Source: the human T2T-CHM13v2.0 reference genome, Homo sapiens | Reading direction: 5' to 3' (one strand) | Assembly (NCBI RefSeq): GCF_009914755.1 | Contig: NC_060930.1 | DNA length: 64,000 nt | Shown here: piece after piece, positions 20,250 through 37,244 of the stretch | Numbering within the stretch: position 1 is the stretch's first letter | Layout: each line of letters begins with the position of its first letter | Notes under the pieces: model-generated | Told to the model about the DNA's origin: nothing | What the model saw: only the letters and a program-made list of their open reading frames with translations | Databases searched by the model: none | Program-made: the position numbers and the translations under genes

Positions 20250-22221
20250 CAGGATTTCTCAAAGTGCAATCTGTGGAACCCTTGTGGGCTGCTGAAACCC
20301 CTTCATAGATCCACAAGGTTAAAAGTATTTTTATAATACAATGAAGACATTATTTGTACTAAAGTAAAACTTGACAAGAAGGGAGGCTATGGTACCAAAC
20401 TGAAATAGTAGTTATTATATTCTTAACCACTTCTTAATTATAGAAGAAAAAACAGGTTTCACTTAAATATGTCGTGGTTGAAGTATCAAAGAATTATTAA
20501 CTTTATTAAATCTCTATCCCAGAATCCACAGTTTAATATATCTTAAATGAGTAAGTGGGAAGTACGCATAAGGTATTTCTACTACATTCCAAATTAGGAT
20601 GTTTGAGGCCAGGCGCAGTGGCTCCCACCTGCAATTAATTCTAGCACTGTGGGAGGCCTAGGCAGGTGGATCATTTGAGGTCAGGAGTTCAAGACCAGCT
20701 TGGCCAACATGGTGAAACCCTGTCTCTACTAAAAATACAAAATTAGCCAGGCATGGTGGTGCGCACCTGTAGTCCCAGCTACTAGGGAAACTGAGTCACA
20801 ACAATCACTTGAACCCGGGAGGTGGAGGTTTCAGTGAGCCAAAATCATGCCACTGCACTCCAGCCTGGGTAACAGAGCGAGACCCTGTCTTAAAACGAAA
20901 ACAAAAACAAATTAAAATGTTTGTGTCCACAAAATCATTTTGTGAGTTGTACTAGTCTATTTTTTATGGAATATCCTTTTTACTTGAAAGAATGAATGAC
21001 AGAAATGATTATCATTTAGACTTGAATATTTGGCTGACACTTTCTCAAAAACGAACATAACCCTGTCCCTTCCACATAATCAACTGATGGTATTATTCCC
21101 AATGATAAAAGGCAAGCTCTCAAGAGAAAATTAGAATCCTGGGGAACTTGTATCCACCATCATAAGCCTGATGGCTTCCCAATACTTAACAATCTTTTCT
21201 GGTAATATCTGTGGTAATATTAAAAAATGTGATTTTTTGATAACTTGTAGTTAAATGTGTCAACACTGGAAGACATAATGTGGTGAAATTGTGTTTCTTT
21301 TTTTAAAAGTCATGTATTATACAAGAAGCATTCAATGTGGAAGTCGGACCTATATATTTTAATGTAACAGCATGTGAAATAGTTATTGATAGTTTCATGT
21401 TCCACATTACAAATAACCTTTAAGAAGCTAACACTTCTATCATTTTAGTGTAGTATCAAGGATGAATATCCAGTTTTCTAAAAATGTTATTAAAAACATT
21501 CCTGGCCTAGCGAGGTGACTTATACCTGTAATCCCAGCATTTTGGGAGGCCAAGGCAGGAGAATCATTTGAGCCTAGGAGTTCCACCCAGGAGTTCGAAT
21601 GAGACCCCCATCTCTACAAAAAATAAACAAAATTAGCTGCGGTGGTGTTTCGTGCCTGTGGTCACAGCTGCTCATGAGGCTGAATTGGGAGGATCACTTG
21701 AGCCCAGGAATTCGAGGCTGCCGTGTGCTATGATCACACCACTACACTCAAGCCTGGGTGATAGCATGAGACCAAAAGAAACAAACAAACAAACAAAACC
21801 CCCCAACAAAACCCAAAACAAGAACAGCAACAAAAATATCATTGTGTGAGGATGGATTTTTTTTCATACACTTCAACCAAACATAACAGATTAACCAAAA
21901 TAACAGATTAAATGAAGGAGAAGAAAATTCATTAATCTTCTAATGAGACACATAAGAAAAGGATTTACAAACATACAAAATGTAAAAAGATGCACTCTTC
22001 TCACTATACTGTTTACTTTGGGAAATACTGACTTTGCATAAAAATATTTCTAACATGCAATGCATTATTAATATTCTAAATGAATAAAATAATTTAAGTG
22101 ATTTTAGTTTCTAATATGGTAAATATTAACGTATATAACTCACATAAAATTATCTTCAGAGTCCTCACTAATTCCTAAGAGCATGCAGAGATCCTGAAAC
22201 CAAAACGTTTGAGAAACGATG
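20250..22221. mobile_element. hAT Charlie1-type DNA transposon derivative containing two Alus (about 20607-20910 and 21504-21836)
   Basis: Inverted termini CAGGATTTCTCAAAGT... and ...CGTTTGAGAAACGATG; Charlie1-like sub-terminal sequences. Confidence 0.7.
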
Positions 22222-22959
22222 ACGTAACTCCTAGCTCTGGATTAAGGGAGAATGTGTGACAAAGAGCATTTGGTATAGGAGGAGAAGGGCCAGGCCTTAT
22301 CCTGTCTCTAGGACTGTGGCAAGGGCTTTGTGTGACCAGGTCAGCCTAGGCTCAGGCTTAGGTCTGGCCCTCAGCCCCCATCTTGTTCATTGTTTTGTTT
22401 TGACAGAAGACTATGCCTGTTCTTCTTCTTGTATCTGAGTTCTGGTCTCCAAGTCTCCAATCTCCTCTAGGACAGCCGTAGGAGTTACTTTTTCTGTCAT
22501 TGTCCTCACAAGCCCTGGGGTGGCCCCTGCACACAGGAGTCTCTGTGGTATCAAGAGACCAATTTTTAGACCCACCCAGCTCTTGTCCTTCCAGGGCTGT
22601 TTCCTGGACTATTCTTCGCATCTTTTCCCCAATCTTTTTCAGGAAATCAAATTCTGGAATTAGAGATCATATCTCGGTTTCTCACCTTAGATAAACTCCT
22701 GTTAGGTTTCTAACAGGAATTTATTTTTGGCTCACCTACCCTCTCTCCCTGCCTTTGGCTGTAATAATCCTAGTGCTGGCTCAAATCCAAACTCATGGAT
22801 GTCTAGACTCTAATTTAATTCACAGTTGGTTGGAAAATAGGGTCCATAAGCCTAGGATCATTTTTTTTTTTCTGAAAAGGGAACTATAATTGTCTGCTGT
22901 GGTATATGAGGATTGGTGTGGGAGGGAGGCGAGAACAGCATTTGTGAGAAAAGTACAGG

Positions 22960-24200
22960 CAGCATTGATGTCAACATGAGTGGTTGTTTCACTGTAGCTG
23001 CCACAAAACAGCATGTGGTCTGCAGCTACATTAATAAAGATACTGTTTCTAGAATAGGGAGGTGCTGTACACTGGTCATTCATTTAGCCAATATTTGTTG
23101 AGTGCTGGCTGTATGAAATGCTAGTTTTACATCTGGAAACTAAAAACAGGCAAAAATTGCTGGCCTTGAGGGGCACATGTTTTAGTGGGAAAACACAGAC
23201 TATGTACTATAAGCAGAGTAAATAAGGAAAGTGTTTCTGTCAAAAGGTGCTGAGGGGTGTGAGGCAGGTGATCCAGATTGTGGGTGTGTGGGGACAGGGA
23301 AGATGGCTGTTTTACTAGGGTGGTCTATGGTCTCACTGGGAATGTGACCTTAAGAGAAAAGATGAATTATCTATGAGGACGTCTGGGGCAGGTTCTTTCC
23401 AGGCAGGGGAACCCCCAGTGCAAAGGCACCAGAACAGGAGCACATCTGGGTTGTGGGAGGAGTTGAGGGGGCTCAGATAGCTGCAGCAGTCATTGATATA
23501 AGGTCAGAGATTTGGGGAGATCATGTAGGCTTGAGGATACTGGAAGGGTTCTGACTTTGCTCTGAGTGAGATGGGGGAGACACAAACAGCTGTCAGCAGA
23601 GTAGAGACTTGGCACATCTTTTAAAAGGATCATCCTGGCTGCTATGCTGAGAACAGAATTGAGAGATGAGGGGTGAGTGAGAAAGTGGGAAAACTGTAGG
23701 AAACTAGTGCAGTATTTCAGATTAGCAACTCTGGTTGCTTTGCCTGGGGTGTGAGCAGAGAAAAGAGTGGGAAGTGATTGGATTTCAGACACATTCTCAA
23801 TATGGACTTCACAGTACTTCCTAATAGATTAAGTCTGGGGTATGAAAAAGAGGAGTCAAAGAGGAACCCCAAAATTTCAGACTGTGCAAGTAGAAAAATG
23901 AAGTTGTTGTCAGCACAGATGGGGAAAATTCTGAAAGGGGCATATTTGAGGAGGGGGCACTATAGGCATTCAATTTAGGAAATGTTGAATCTCAGATGTC
24001 AGACATTCAAGTGAGGTTGTTGTGTTGGCAGATGGATATGCAAGTTGGAAATGCAGGAGAAATGTCTGGGCTGGGAAAATAGATTTAGGAGTTAATGCCA
24101 TATTAATGATATTTAAAGCATAGAGCATGCATGAGTCGCCAAGGGAAAGATGGCTATAGAAGAGAAAAAGGACATGGACTGAACCCTGGACCTTCAGTGC
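22960..24200. mobile_element. Ancient LINE fragments (CR1/L3 at about 22960-23075; L2 beyond)
   Basis: L3-like GTAGCTGCCACAAAA...CTACATTAATAAAG; L2-like CATTCATTTAGCCAATATTTGTTGAGTG and AGATTTAGGAGTT motifs. Confidence 0.55.
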
Positions 24201-25602
24201 TAAGGGATTTCATCAGAACACACTCTGACAGCAGACTGCACAGTTCTAACACCACATCTAGAAAGTAAGTAAATCTGAGAATCTCAAATTTTAGTGTGCG
24301 TAGGAATCACCTGGACAACTTTCTAAGATTCAGGTGGTCTGGAGTTGAGAATGAGATTCTGTGTTTATAAAAAAGTTGAGGCAGACACTGATGGTCTTCA
24401 GATCACGCTTTTAGTAGCAAGAATGTAGACCAGGATTCCCAGGTGGCTGTGCATCAGCCTCACCTGTGGCTTGTTATTCCTGGGATCCATGTTCCACTTC
24501 TGAGATGGTGGGTATGGGGAAAGGCCTGAGTATTTTTGTAAAAAATCTACAAGGAATCCTGGTGATCAGCCAGATTGGGAACCACTGAGGTCAGTGATCA
24601 ACAGTGCCTAGGGTGGGAAAGGGTCTTAAGTCCACATTTAAATGCTATTTTTTCTAATTTAAACATAAAGGACTTCTATCTGTCTATCTATCTATCATCT
24701 ATCTTCATTAGGCTGGTGTTTATTTTATTTTGGGAAGGTCTGTGAGAATAGGCTTAAAGCTACATAGCTAGAAGCAGCATCTATAATCCCATCCTAGGTG
24801 GAGTCTCACATAGGAATCACTGCCCCTGATGCTGGGCACAGATGTCACTGTTCATACCAATGACACTCTAAAGCTAGACACTGGACCTTGCAGATAGAAC
24901 TGCTATCACGACTGCTCCTGGCAACTGGACATTGCTGCTGCAACTCACACCACACTTACTAAAATGTGTGCACAGTACCAGCTTATGTCACCAGGCTGAG
25001 TCAGAATCCAGCAAGTGGTTATCTGCCTGGTGGAACCTAAGCCTCATCCCATATCCAGCTGCCAGAATATTTGGAAAAGTGAGTTTTTCTTTCGTGGAAG
25101 AAGTTGGTGTCTGCTTCCTACAATGACTCTTTAAGTATGAAATTCTTTAAGTATGAAATCATACTCTTTAAGTATGAAATTCTCCCTAACATGGAGAGGG
25201 TTCAGGTGCTGGGACACAGGAAGATAGAGTGGAAAAAGAATGAAAAAAAAAGTCAATTCCTAGAGCAGTAATCTGAGACTAGAACCTTATCTGGTATATC
25301 ATAGACACTTGGGTTTTGCTGAATGAATCAGTGACTAATTAATTACAACTTTCAATTTATTTCCTTGATAGTCTGTTATGAAGTACAACTTTTTCCTGAT
25401 CAGTTTATACTCAGATAAGTAGAGTGGCACTGTGGGATGGTGAAATGATTGCTCAAAACTTATCTCTTGTTAGGATTTTTTAAAATCTAGATGTCTAAGA
25501 CTTCAGAGGACCTGTGTATACACTAAGATTTTATACTAATATTTATATTTCTTTGTATATGCACATATTTTCTGGAAAGAATATCTGTGACATTTATGTT
25601 TT

Positions 25603-26359
25603 TGTAACCCTATTTTAGGAAACCCTCTCTCAAACCACATTTTCCCTCTGCTCTCATACCACAACAATCATCAACACAGAAGACTTCTGTGACCAAAGAT
25701 GTGGGGGTTTTTCCCCACACACCAAGCAGTGGACACCAGCTGGGTATCCTCCAGTTCAATGTCAACACTGTCTACCTGGAGATAGCATCATATCCCACAG
25801 ATTGGGGGCTTAGTCCCCAAGACTACTCCACATCAGACACCAATCGCAGAAGTTCCCACCACCCACTCTGGGCTTCACTAATTTGCTGGAGTAGCTCACA
25901 GAATTCAGGGAAACATTTATGTTTACTAGTTTATTATAAAGGATATTACAAAGGATACAGATGAAAATACGTGTAGGGTGAGGTATCAGGGAAGGAGCAT
26001 GGAGCTTCCATGCCCTTCCTGGGCACACCAACCTCCAAAAACCTCCACTTGTTCAGCTACCTGGAAGCTCCCTGAACCCAGTTCTCCTGGGTTTTTATGG
26101 AAGCTTCGTGACACCAGCATTCCTTCTCCCAATGTATAGTGTGGGACCCTCTCCAGAGAGGGTCTTAAGACCCATAATCAGAAAGGCAGAAGATTAGAGT
26201 CCTGCCTTGGGGCAGGTGAAATGAGGCCAGAAGAGAGATTCTGATTCCTGAGGCCTGCCGAGGCCGAACACACCCAATATTATTACAAAAGACCGAAACA
26301 AGGGAATATAGGAGCTAGGAACCAGGAACTGTGGCCAAAAACCAATCTATAACACCACA
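25603..26359. mobile_element. MER21-like LTR
   Basis: GAAGACTTCTGTGACCAAA, GTTTATTATAAAGGATATTACAAAGGATACAGATGAA and GGAGCTTCCATGCCC are MER21 features. Confidence 0.7.
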
Positions 26360-26368
26360 CACCCCCAC

Positions 26369-26743
26369 TGTCTTAGTCCACTCAGGCTGCTATAACAGAA
26401 TACCTTAGACTGGGTGGCTTATAAACAACATAAAAGTATTTCTCACAGTTATGGAGGCTGGTAAGTCCAAGAGCAAGGTGTTGGTTAATTTCATGTCTGA
26501 TGAAGGCCCCTTTCCTGTTTCATAAACGTATATCTTCTCCAAGTGGCCTCACATGGCAGAAAGGTGAAGAGAACTGCCTGGGGTCTTTCTGATAAAGGCA
26601 GTGATCCCATTCATGGGGGCTCTGCATTCATAACCTAATCACCTCCAAAAGGCCCCACCTCTAAGTATCATCACACTGGGGATTAAGTTTTAAACATAGG
26701 AATTTGGGTGGGGGATTGGAGACACAAACATCAGTCTAGAGCA
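26369..26743 (-). mobile_element. MaLR LTR (MLT1A/MST-like)
   Basis: TGTCTTAGTCC...GCTGCTATAACAGAATACC...GGAGACACAAACATCAG. Confidence 0.75.
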
Positions 26744-26809
26744 TCCATAAAAGTCTAAAAAATTATCCTAGGTTTGTCACCATGCTACTCAAACTCTGAT
26801 CTATGAATA

Positions 26810-31699
<4,890 letters not shown>

Positions 31700-31700
<1 letters not shown>

Positions 31701-32049
31701 TATTTTTTTCCAGATTTATTGAAGTATAATTGACAAATAAAAATTGTACAGTGTGACTTTTTATTTGTACATAATATTTGCACATATTTATGGGGTACAT
31801 GTGATATTTTGATACACACATAGTATCTAATAATGAAGTTAGGGTACATAGGATATCCGTCACCTCAAGCATTTATTTCTCTGTGTTGGGAACATTACAA
31901 GTCTTCTAGCTATTTTGAAATACACAATATATTGTTGTTAATTATAGTCACCCTACTGTGCTATCAAACACTAGAACTTATTCCTTCTATCTGACTGTAC
32001 GTTCGTACCCATTAACCTACCTCTCTTCATCACCCCCCTCACACACCCA

Positions 32050-32084
<35 letters not shown>

Positions 32085-32738
32085 CCCAGCCTCTGGATAC
32101 TATCTTTCTGCTGTTTACCTCGATTAGATCAACCTTTTAAAGCTCGCACATGAGTGAGAACATGCAATATTTGTCTTTCTGTGCCTGGCTTATTTCATTT
32201 AATATCAGAACCTCCAGTTCTGTCCATGTTAGTGGAAATGACAAGATTCCATTCTTTTTATAGCTAAATAGTATTCCATTGTGTATATATGCCGTATCTT
32301 TTTAATCCATTCATCCATTGATGGACAGTTAGGTTGATTCCCTGTCTTTGCTATTGTAAATAGTACCACAGTAAACATGGGGGTGCCAGTATCCCTTTGA
32401 TGTATCGATTTCCTTACCTTTGGATAAATACCCAGTGGTGGTATTGCTGGATCACACAGATCTATTTTCAGTTTTCTAAGAAATCTCCATACTGTTTTCC
32501 ATAGTGGCTGTACTAATTCACCTTCCCACCAACCGTGTGTAAGAGTTTGTCTTTATATCCTAGCTACCATTTTTGTCTTTTTAATAATAGCTATTCTAGC
32601 TAGGGTAAGATGATATATTATTGTGGTTTGCTTTAAATTTCCCTGATAATTAGTGATGTTGAGCATCTTTTTCACATACATGTTGGCCATTTGTATTTCT
32701 TAAGAAATTTCTATTCAGATCCCTTGACCATTTTTAAG

Positions 32739-32775
<37 letters not shown>

Positions 32776-33350
32776 GTTGAATTGTGTTCCTTGTACACTC
32801 TGGATATTAGTCCCCTGTTGGATAATTTGAAAATATTGTTCCCATCTACAGTTGGTCTCTTCACTCTGTTGTTTTCTTTGCTGTGCAGATTTTTAGTTTA
32901 ATATAGTCCCACCTGCCTATTTTTTGTTGTTGTTGCCTATGCTTTTGATGTCTTAACCATAAAATCTTTGCCTAGACCAATGTTCTTGAGCATTTCCCCT
33001 ATATTCTCTTTTAGTAGTTTCATAGTTTCGGATCTATCATTTAAGCCTTTAATCCATTTTTGGTTGATTTTTTAATATGGTAAGAGATATGAGCCTAGCT
33101 GCAATCTTCTGCATATGGATATCCAGTTTTCCCAGCACCATTTATTGAAAAGGGTGTCCTTTCTTGGTGCCTTTGTTGAAAGTCAGTTGGCTGTAAGTAT
33201 ATGAAATTATTTCTGGGTTCTCTATTCTTTCCATTGGTCTATGTGTCTGTTTTAGGCCGGTACCATGATGATTTGGTTTCTACTATAACAGTTACAAAGC
33301 TATTACTATAGCTTAACTATTGGATGGGGCTCTTTTGTGGTTCCATATGA
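31700..33350 (-). mobile_element. L1MA-like 3' fragment with a (CA)n microsatellite at about 32040-32080
   Basis: Reverse L1 3' UTR and ORF2 end (TCCAGTTTTCCCAGCACCATTTATTGAA). Confidence 0.75.
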
Positions 33351-33539
33351 ATTTTTTTTATTTTTGAGATAGGGTCTCACTTTGTCACCCAGGCTGCAAC
33401 ACAGTGGCGCAATACCAGCTCACTGCAGCCTTAACCTCCTGAGGTTCAAGCGATCCTCCTGCCTCAGCCCCCTAAGTAGCTGGGACTACATGCACATGCC
33501 ACCACACCCAGCTAATTTTTGTAATTTTTGTAGACATTT

Positions 33540-33960
33540 CACCAGGAACAAATAGAAAACTTGAACAGACCAACAATGAGTAATAAGACTGAATCAGTAA
33601 TTAAAAGTGTCTCAATAAAGAAAAGCCCAGGACCAGATGGCTTTCCTGTCAAATTCTACCATACATACAAAGAAAAATTAATACCAATACTTCTCAAAAT
33701 ATTTAAAAAAAACTGAAGAGGAAGGAATTATTCTTAACTCATTTTATGAAGCCTGCATTGCCCTGATACCAAAAGCAGAGAAGAATACAAAAAAAAAGAA
33801 AATTACAGGCCAATCTTCCTAGTGAAAATATACACAAAAATCCTGAACAAAATTTTAGCAAACTGAATCCAACAACATATCAAAAATATACCACAATTAA
33901 TTGGGATTCATCCCAGGGATACAAGAGTGGTTCAACACACACAAATCAACAGACATTAAC
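33540..33960 (+). mobile_element. L1 ORF2 fragment
   Basis: AAGAAAAGCCCAGGACCAGATGGC (KKSPGPDG) region. Confidence 0.75.
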
Positions 33961-36900
33961 ATTTTTTAATCTTATTTGAAAAGGTGGATAAAACTGAATT
34001 TGGAATTGGAAGATTTGTTTTGGGTCCCCACTCTGCCATTTCCAAACTCAGTACTCTATCAGAACTAAGTCACAGGGTGCTTGAGGGCTCAGAAGCTTTT
34101 GTCCAGCAGACAAGAAGGAACTGTTATTACACAGCCTTTGACCCTCTAGGGACTCCAGCAACCTCGTACTGAAAGGAGACTCCTTGTCTCCTTCTCTGGG
34201 GACCCTTTTGTTCAGAAATAAAACTTTCGTGCTGCAGGTGCCTTGAGGAGACGACATGTGGGTGATCTTTTCTAGAAGGCAGTGGAGTGAAAGTTTTGGG
34301 AAAAGTGACAGAAAGAGAAACAAATCCTGTACTGGAAGCTCACTGAAAACCAACTAAGTAAACAAATATTTTAGTACCTCAACTGAAATATAAGCATAAA
34401 CAGAGGTTGACTATGATTGTACCTGGACAAGATGAGTAAAAAGCTAAAGTGGTCTGTTATCAGCTATTTATGTATTTTGGGCCTGTCTCCAGCAGTTAAC
34501 AAATGTCCTTTCTTTCAACAAATATCTATTAAGAGGCTAACATGTGCCAGACTCTACAGAACAGGCTTACAGGCATAATGCCACAAAGGAACAGAAATCT
34601 AACAGGCTTCAAGATCAGGCCTGTCAAATAAATGTACCACAATTTATATATCATACATATATCTAGTACACAGTCACCAGAACATAAGATTAAACATGTT
34701 AATGTTTATCTAAGTATCATTTTTAAAAGAAAAATAAAACAAAAACTGGAAACAACTAAATGACATCAACAGAATATATAATTAAGTTGTGGCATATTCA
34801 TGTCATGGAAATGAACTACAGTGTCACACATCAACATGGATGAATCCAAAAATAATAATGAGCAAAAGTAGTCAGTCATATACAGTATAATTCTATTTAT
34901 ATAAAGGCTATAAATAAGCAACTGTTAGGGATACACAGACAGTAAAATCTATAAAAGCTAGGTGACAGTTATACAAAATTCAGGATAGTGGTTGCCTCTG
35001 GCTGCAGGGGAGAGAGATATGAATGAGAGCATACGAGGCTCCTGGGATGTAGTAATGTTCCATTTCTCAGTCTGAGCAACGGGCACCTGGACATTTATTA
35101 TTGTTCTTCTAAATATACATTTTCATTTGTGTATTGTATATTCTATTTCACATTAAAAAGAAAAAAGACCAAAAAAAAAACATTAAGTGTGACTCAAGAT
35201 TTAAGCAGACACAGTGCAAAGAAATGAAAAGGTGGATATAATTTGAGGTAGATGATGGATGCAGGTTTGGACAAACTGAGTTCCTGAAACATAGACTTTT
35301 ATTCTTAGCCGTATTAGGTGTGAAATTGCCCTGAGAGCACCAGTTGCTTTTATGCTAGATTTGGAGGGGAAAGAGGGCAGTTGAACTCAGCAATTTATGT
35401 GTCCAGCACTGAAAACCTTCATGGTAAACAATTACTAATAGGTTATATGTTAGGTTACTTTTCAGTCCCACTCAGCTCAAAGGGCTTGTCATTACCCTAC
35501 TGATTTGCACTTCTAAGTCTTCTGCCTGTTGCATTCTGATGATCCATTTCTATGCAAAACATAGAATCTAAAGCTGAGACACAGCAATAGAGGACCAGAG
35601 AACAGACACAGCAACGAAGTTTCCATGAGGCAAATCAGGAGGGTAGGAATGAGATTTTGATGTGCATCCTGGCCAAATTCCAGAACTAGCAAAGAGAGGT
35701 CAGTTCCTAATTCCAATCAAAGCAAATTCAGTCATCTTATTTTCACACAGAAGTGGTCTACATTGATTTTTAAATCTCTTTAAGGGATTAGGGAGCCTCT
35801 GAAATGCAAAGGAAACTAAACTGATAGTAATGTAAAATGAACAGTGACCTATCATACCAGCAAACACTGTCAAAAACAGAAAGCTAATGGTGGGACTGGA
35901 ATCTAGAACACAGAAGTTATGTTTATCCAGTGCTACACTGTGCAACAGGGTAGTCACTTGCCACATGTGGCAATTTAAATTTAAATGAAATTCAATTAAA
36001 CATTCCATTCCACAGCTGCACCAGCCACATTTTAAATGCCTCAACAGCCACGTGTAGCAAGGGCTACTGTACTGAGGAGCACAGACACAGAACATTTGTA
36101 TCAGTGGCTGACCTAGCAGTATCCAGGGTAAAGGGTGTTCTGCTAGTAAAGCAAGGTGGGCATCAGAATTATCACAACTTAAGCATAATATTCCTGAGGG
36201 CATCTATTTCCATTTATTTGCTTCTCTGCTTACCAACTCTGAACCCCTGCTTTCCCAACTTTCTGGTATCTGGGAAGAAAATAAACTGACTAGAAAACAC
36301 AAATTTCATTCTGCTTGACAACTGTAATTCTCACTAAATTTATAAATTTGCTTTCTGATTTATCAATGAGTGCCAAAAACATGAGTTTGAGAAAGGCTGA
36401 GTTTGATTATCCCTGAGTGGATCCAAGCATTAGGAAGGTCTTGCTTAAGTGGGTGATAGGAAGTGACAAAAAAAGCTGGAAGAAACATGACAGACTATAA
36501 TACTCCCTTCCCTAACCTTCCTCCTTTTCACCCTGCTCACCTGGGCCAGGTTAGAATCCGTCCTTTGTAAAGCACCCTGTACCTTTCTATTGTAACCTTT
36601 ATTTACTACATTATCTGTTTATAGAGTGATCTATGCCATTAGTTGAAAATTATTCAAGGGCAGAGACTTCTCTTTATTCACCTTCAGTAACTAACATAAT
36701 GCCTAGCATGTAGGAGGCTCTCAAAATTAAGTTTCTCATTCAAATAAATTGTACAGAGCAAGTTACACTTTTAGGGGCTGGCTAGTAGTTATCTGATGAA
36801 GGTATGATATTAAAGACCATATACTAAACTATAGCAATCTCATCAAAATAACCTTGGAGGGCTGGGAACAGGGAGAATAAGAGAAGTAGATTAGAACAAT

Positions 36901-37244
36901 TCTTTATTCACCACCATTGCCCAACCCCGGTCTTTCCAAGTGGGGAAACTAACATTTATGAAACAACTAATACATACCTACACTTCACAAAAAAAACAGT
37001 CCTTCCATAAATGCCATCAAATATTATTGCCATTTTAAAGATGAGGACACTGAACACTAGAAAGGATATGCAACTTGAACAAATGCAAGTCAACTAAAAA
37101 AGTTAAGCTAATTTTCAAGTGCAGAACTATCTATCTGTATCTGATACAAATGGGAATATTCACTGAACCCTGGAGAGAACGAGCATTTGAAAAAAAAAAG
37201 GGTTCACTTAAGAGATATGATTTTATCATAACAGCATTGAAACT

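Noticed and set aside
35700-36203. 167-aa minus-strand ORF
   Set aside because: Overlaps a MER3/MER33-like element (about 35925-36110) and has no protein-like features.
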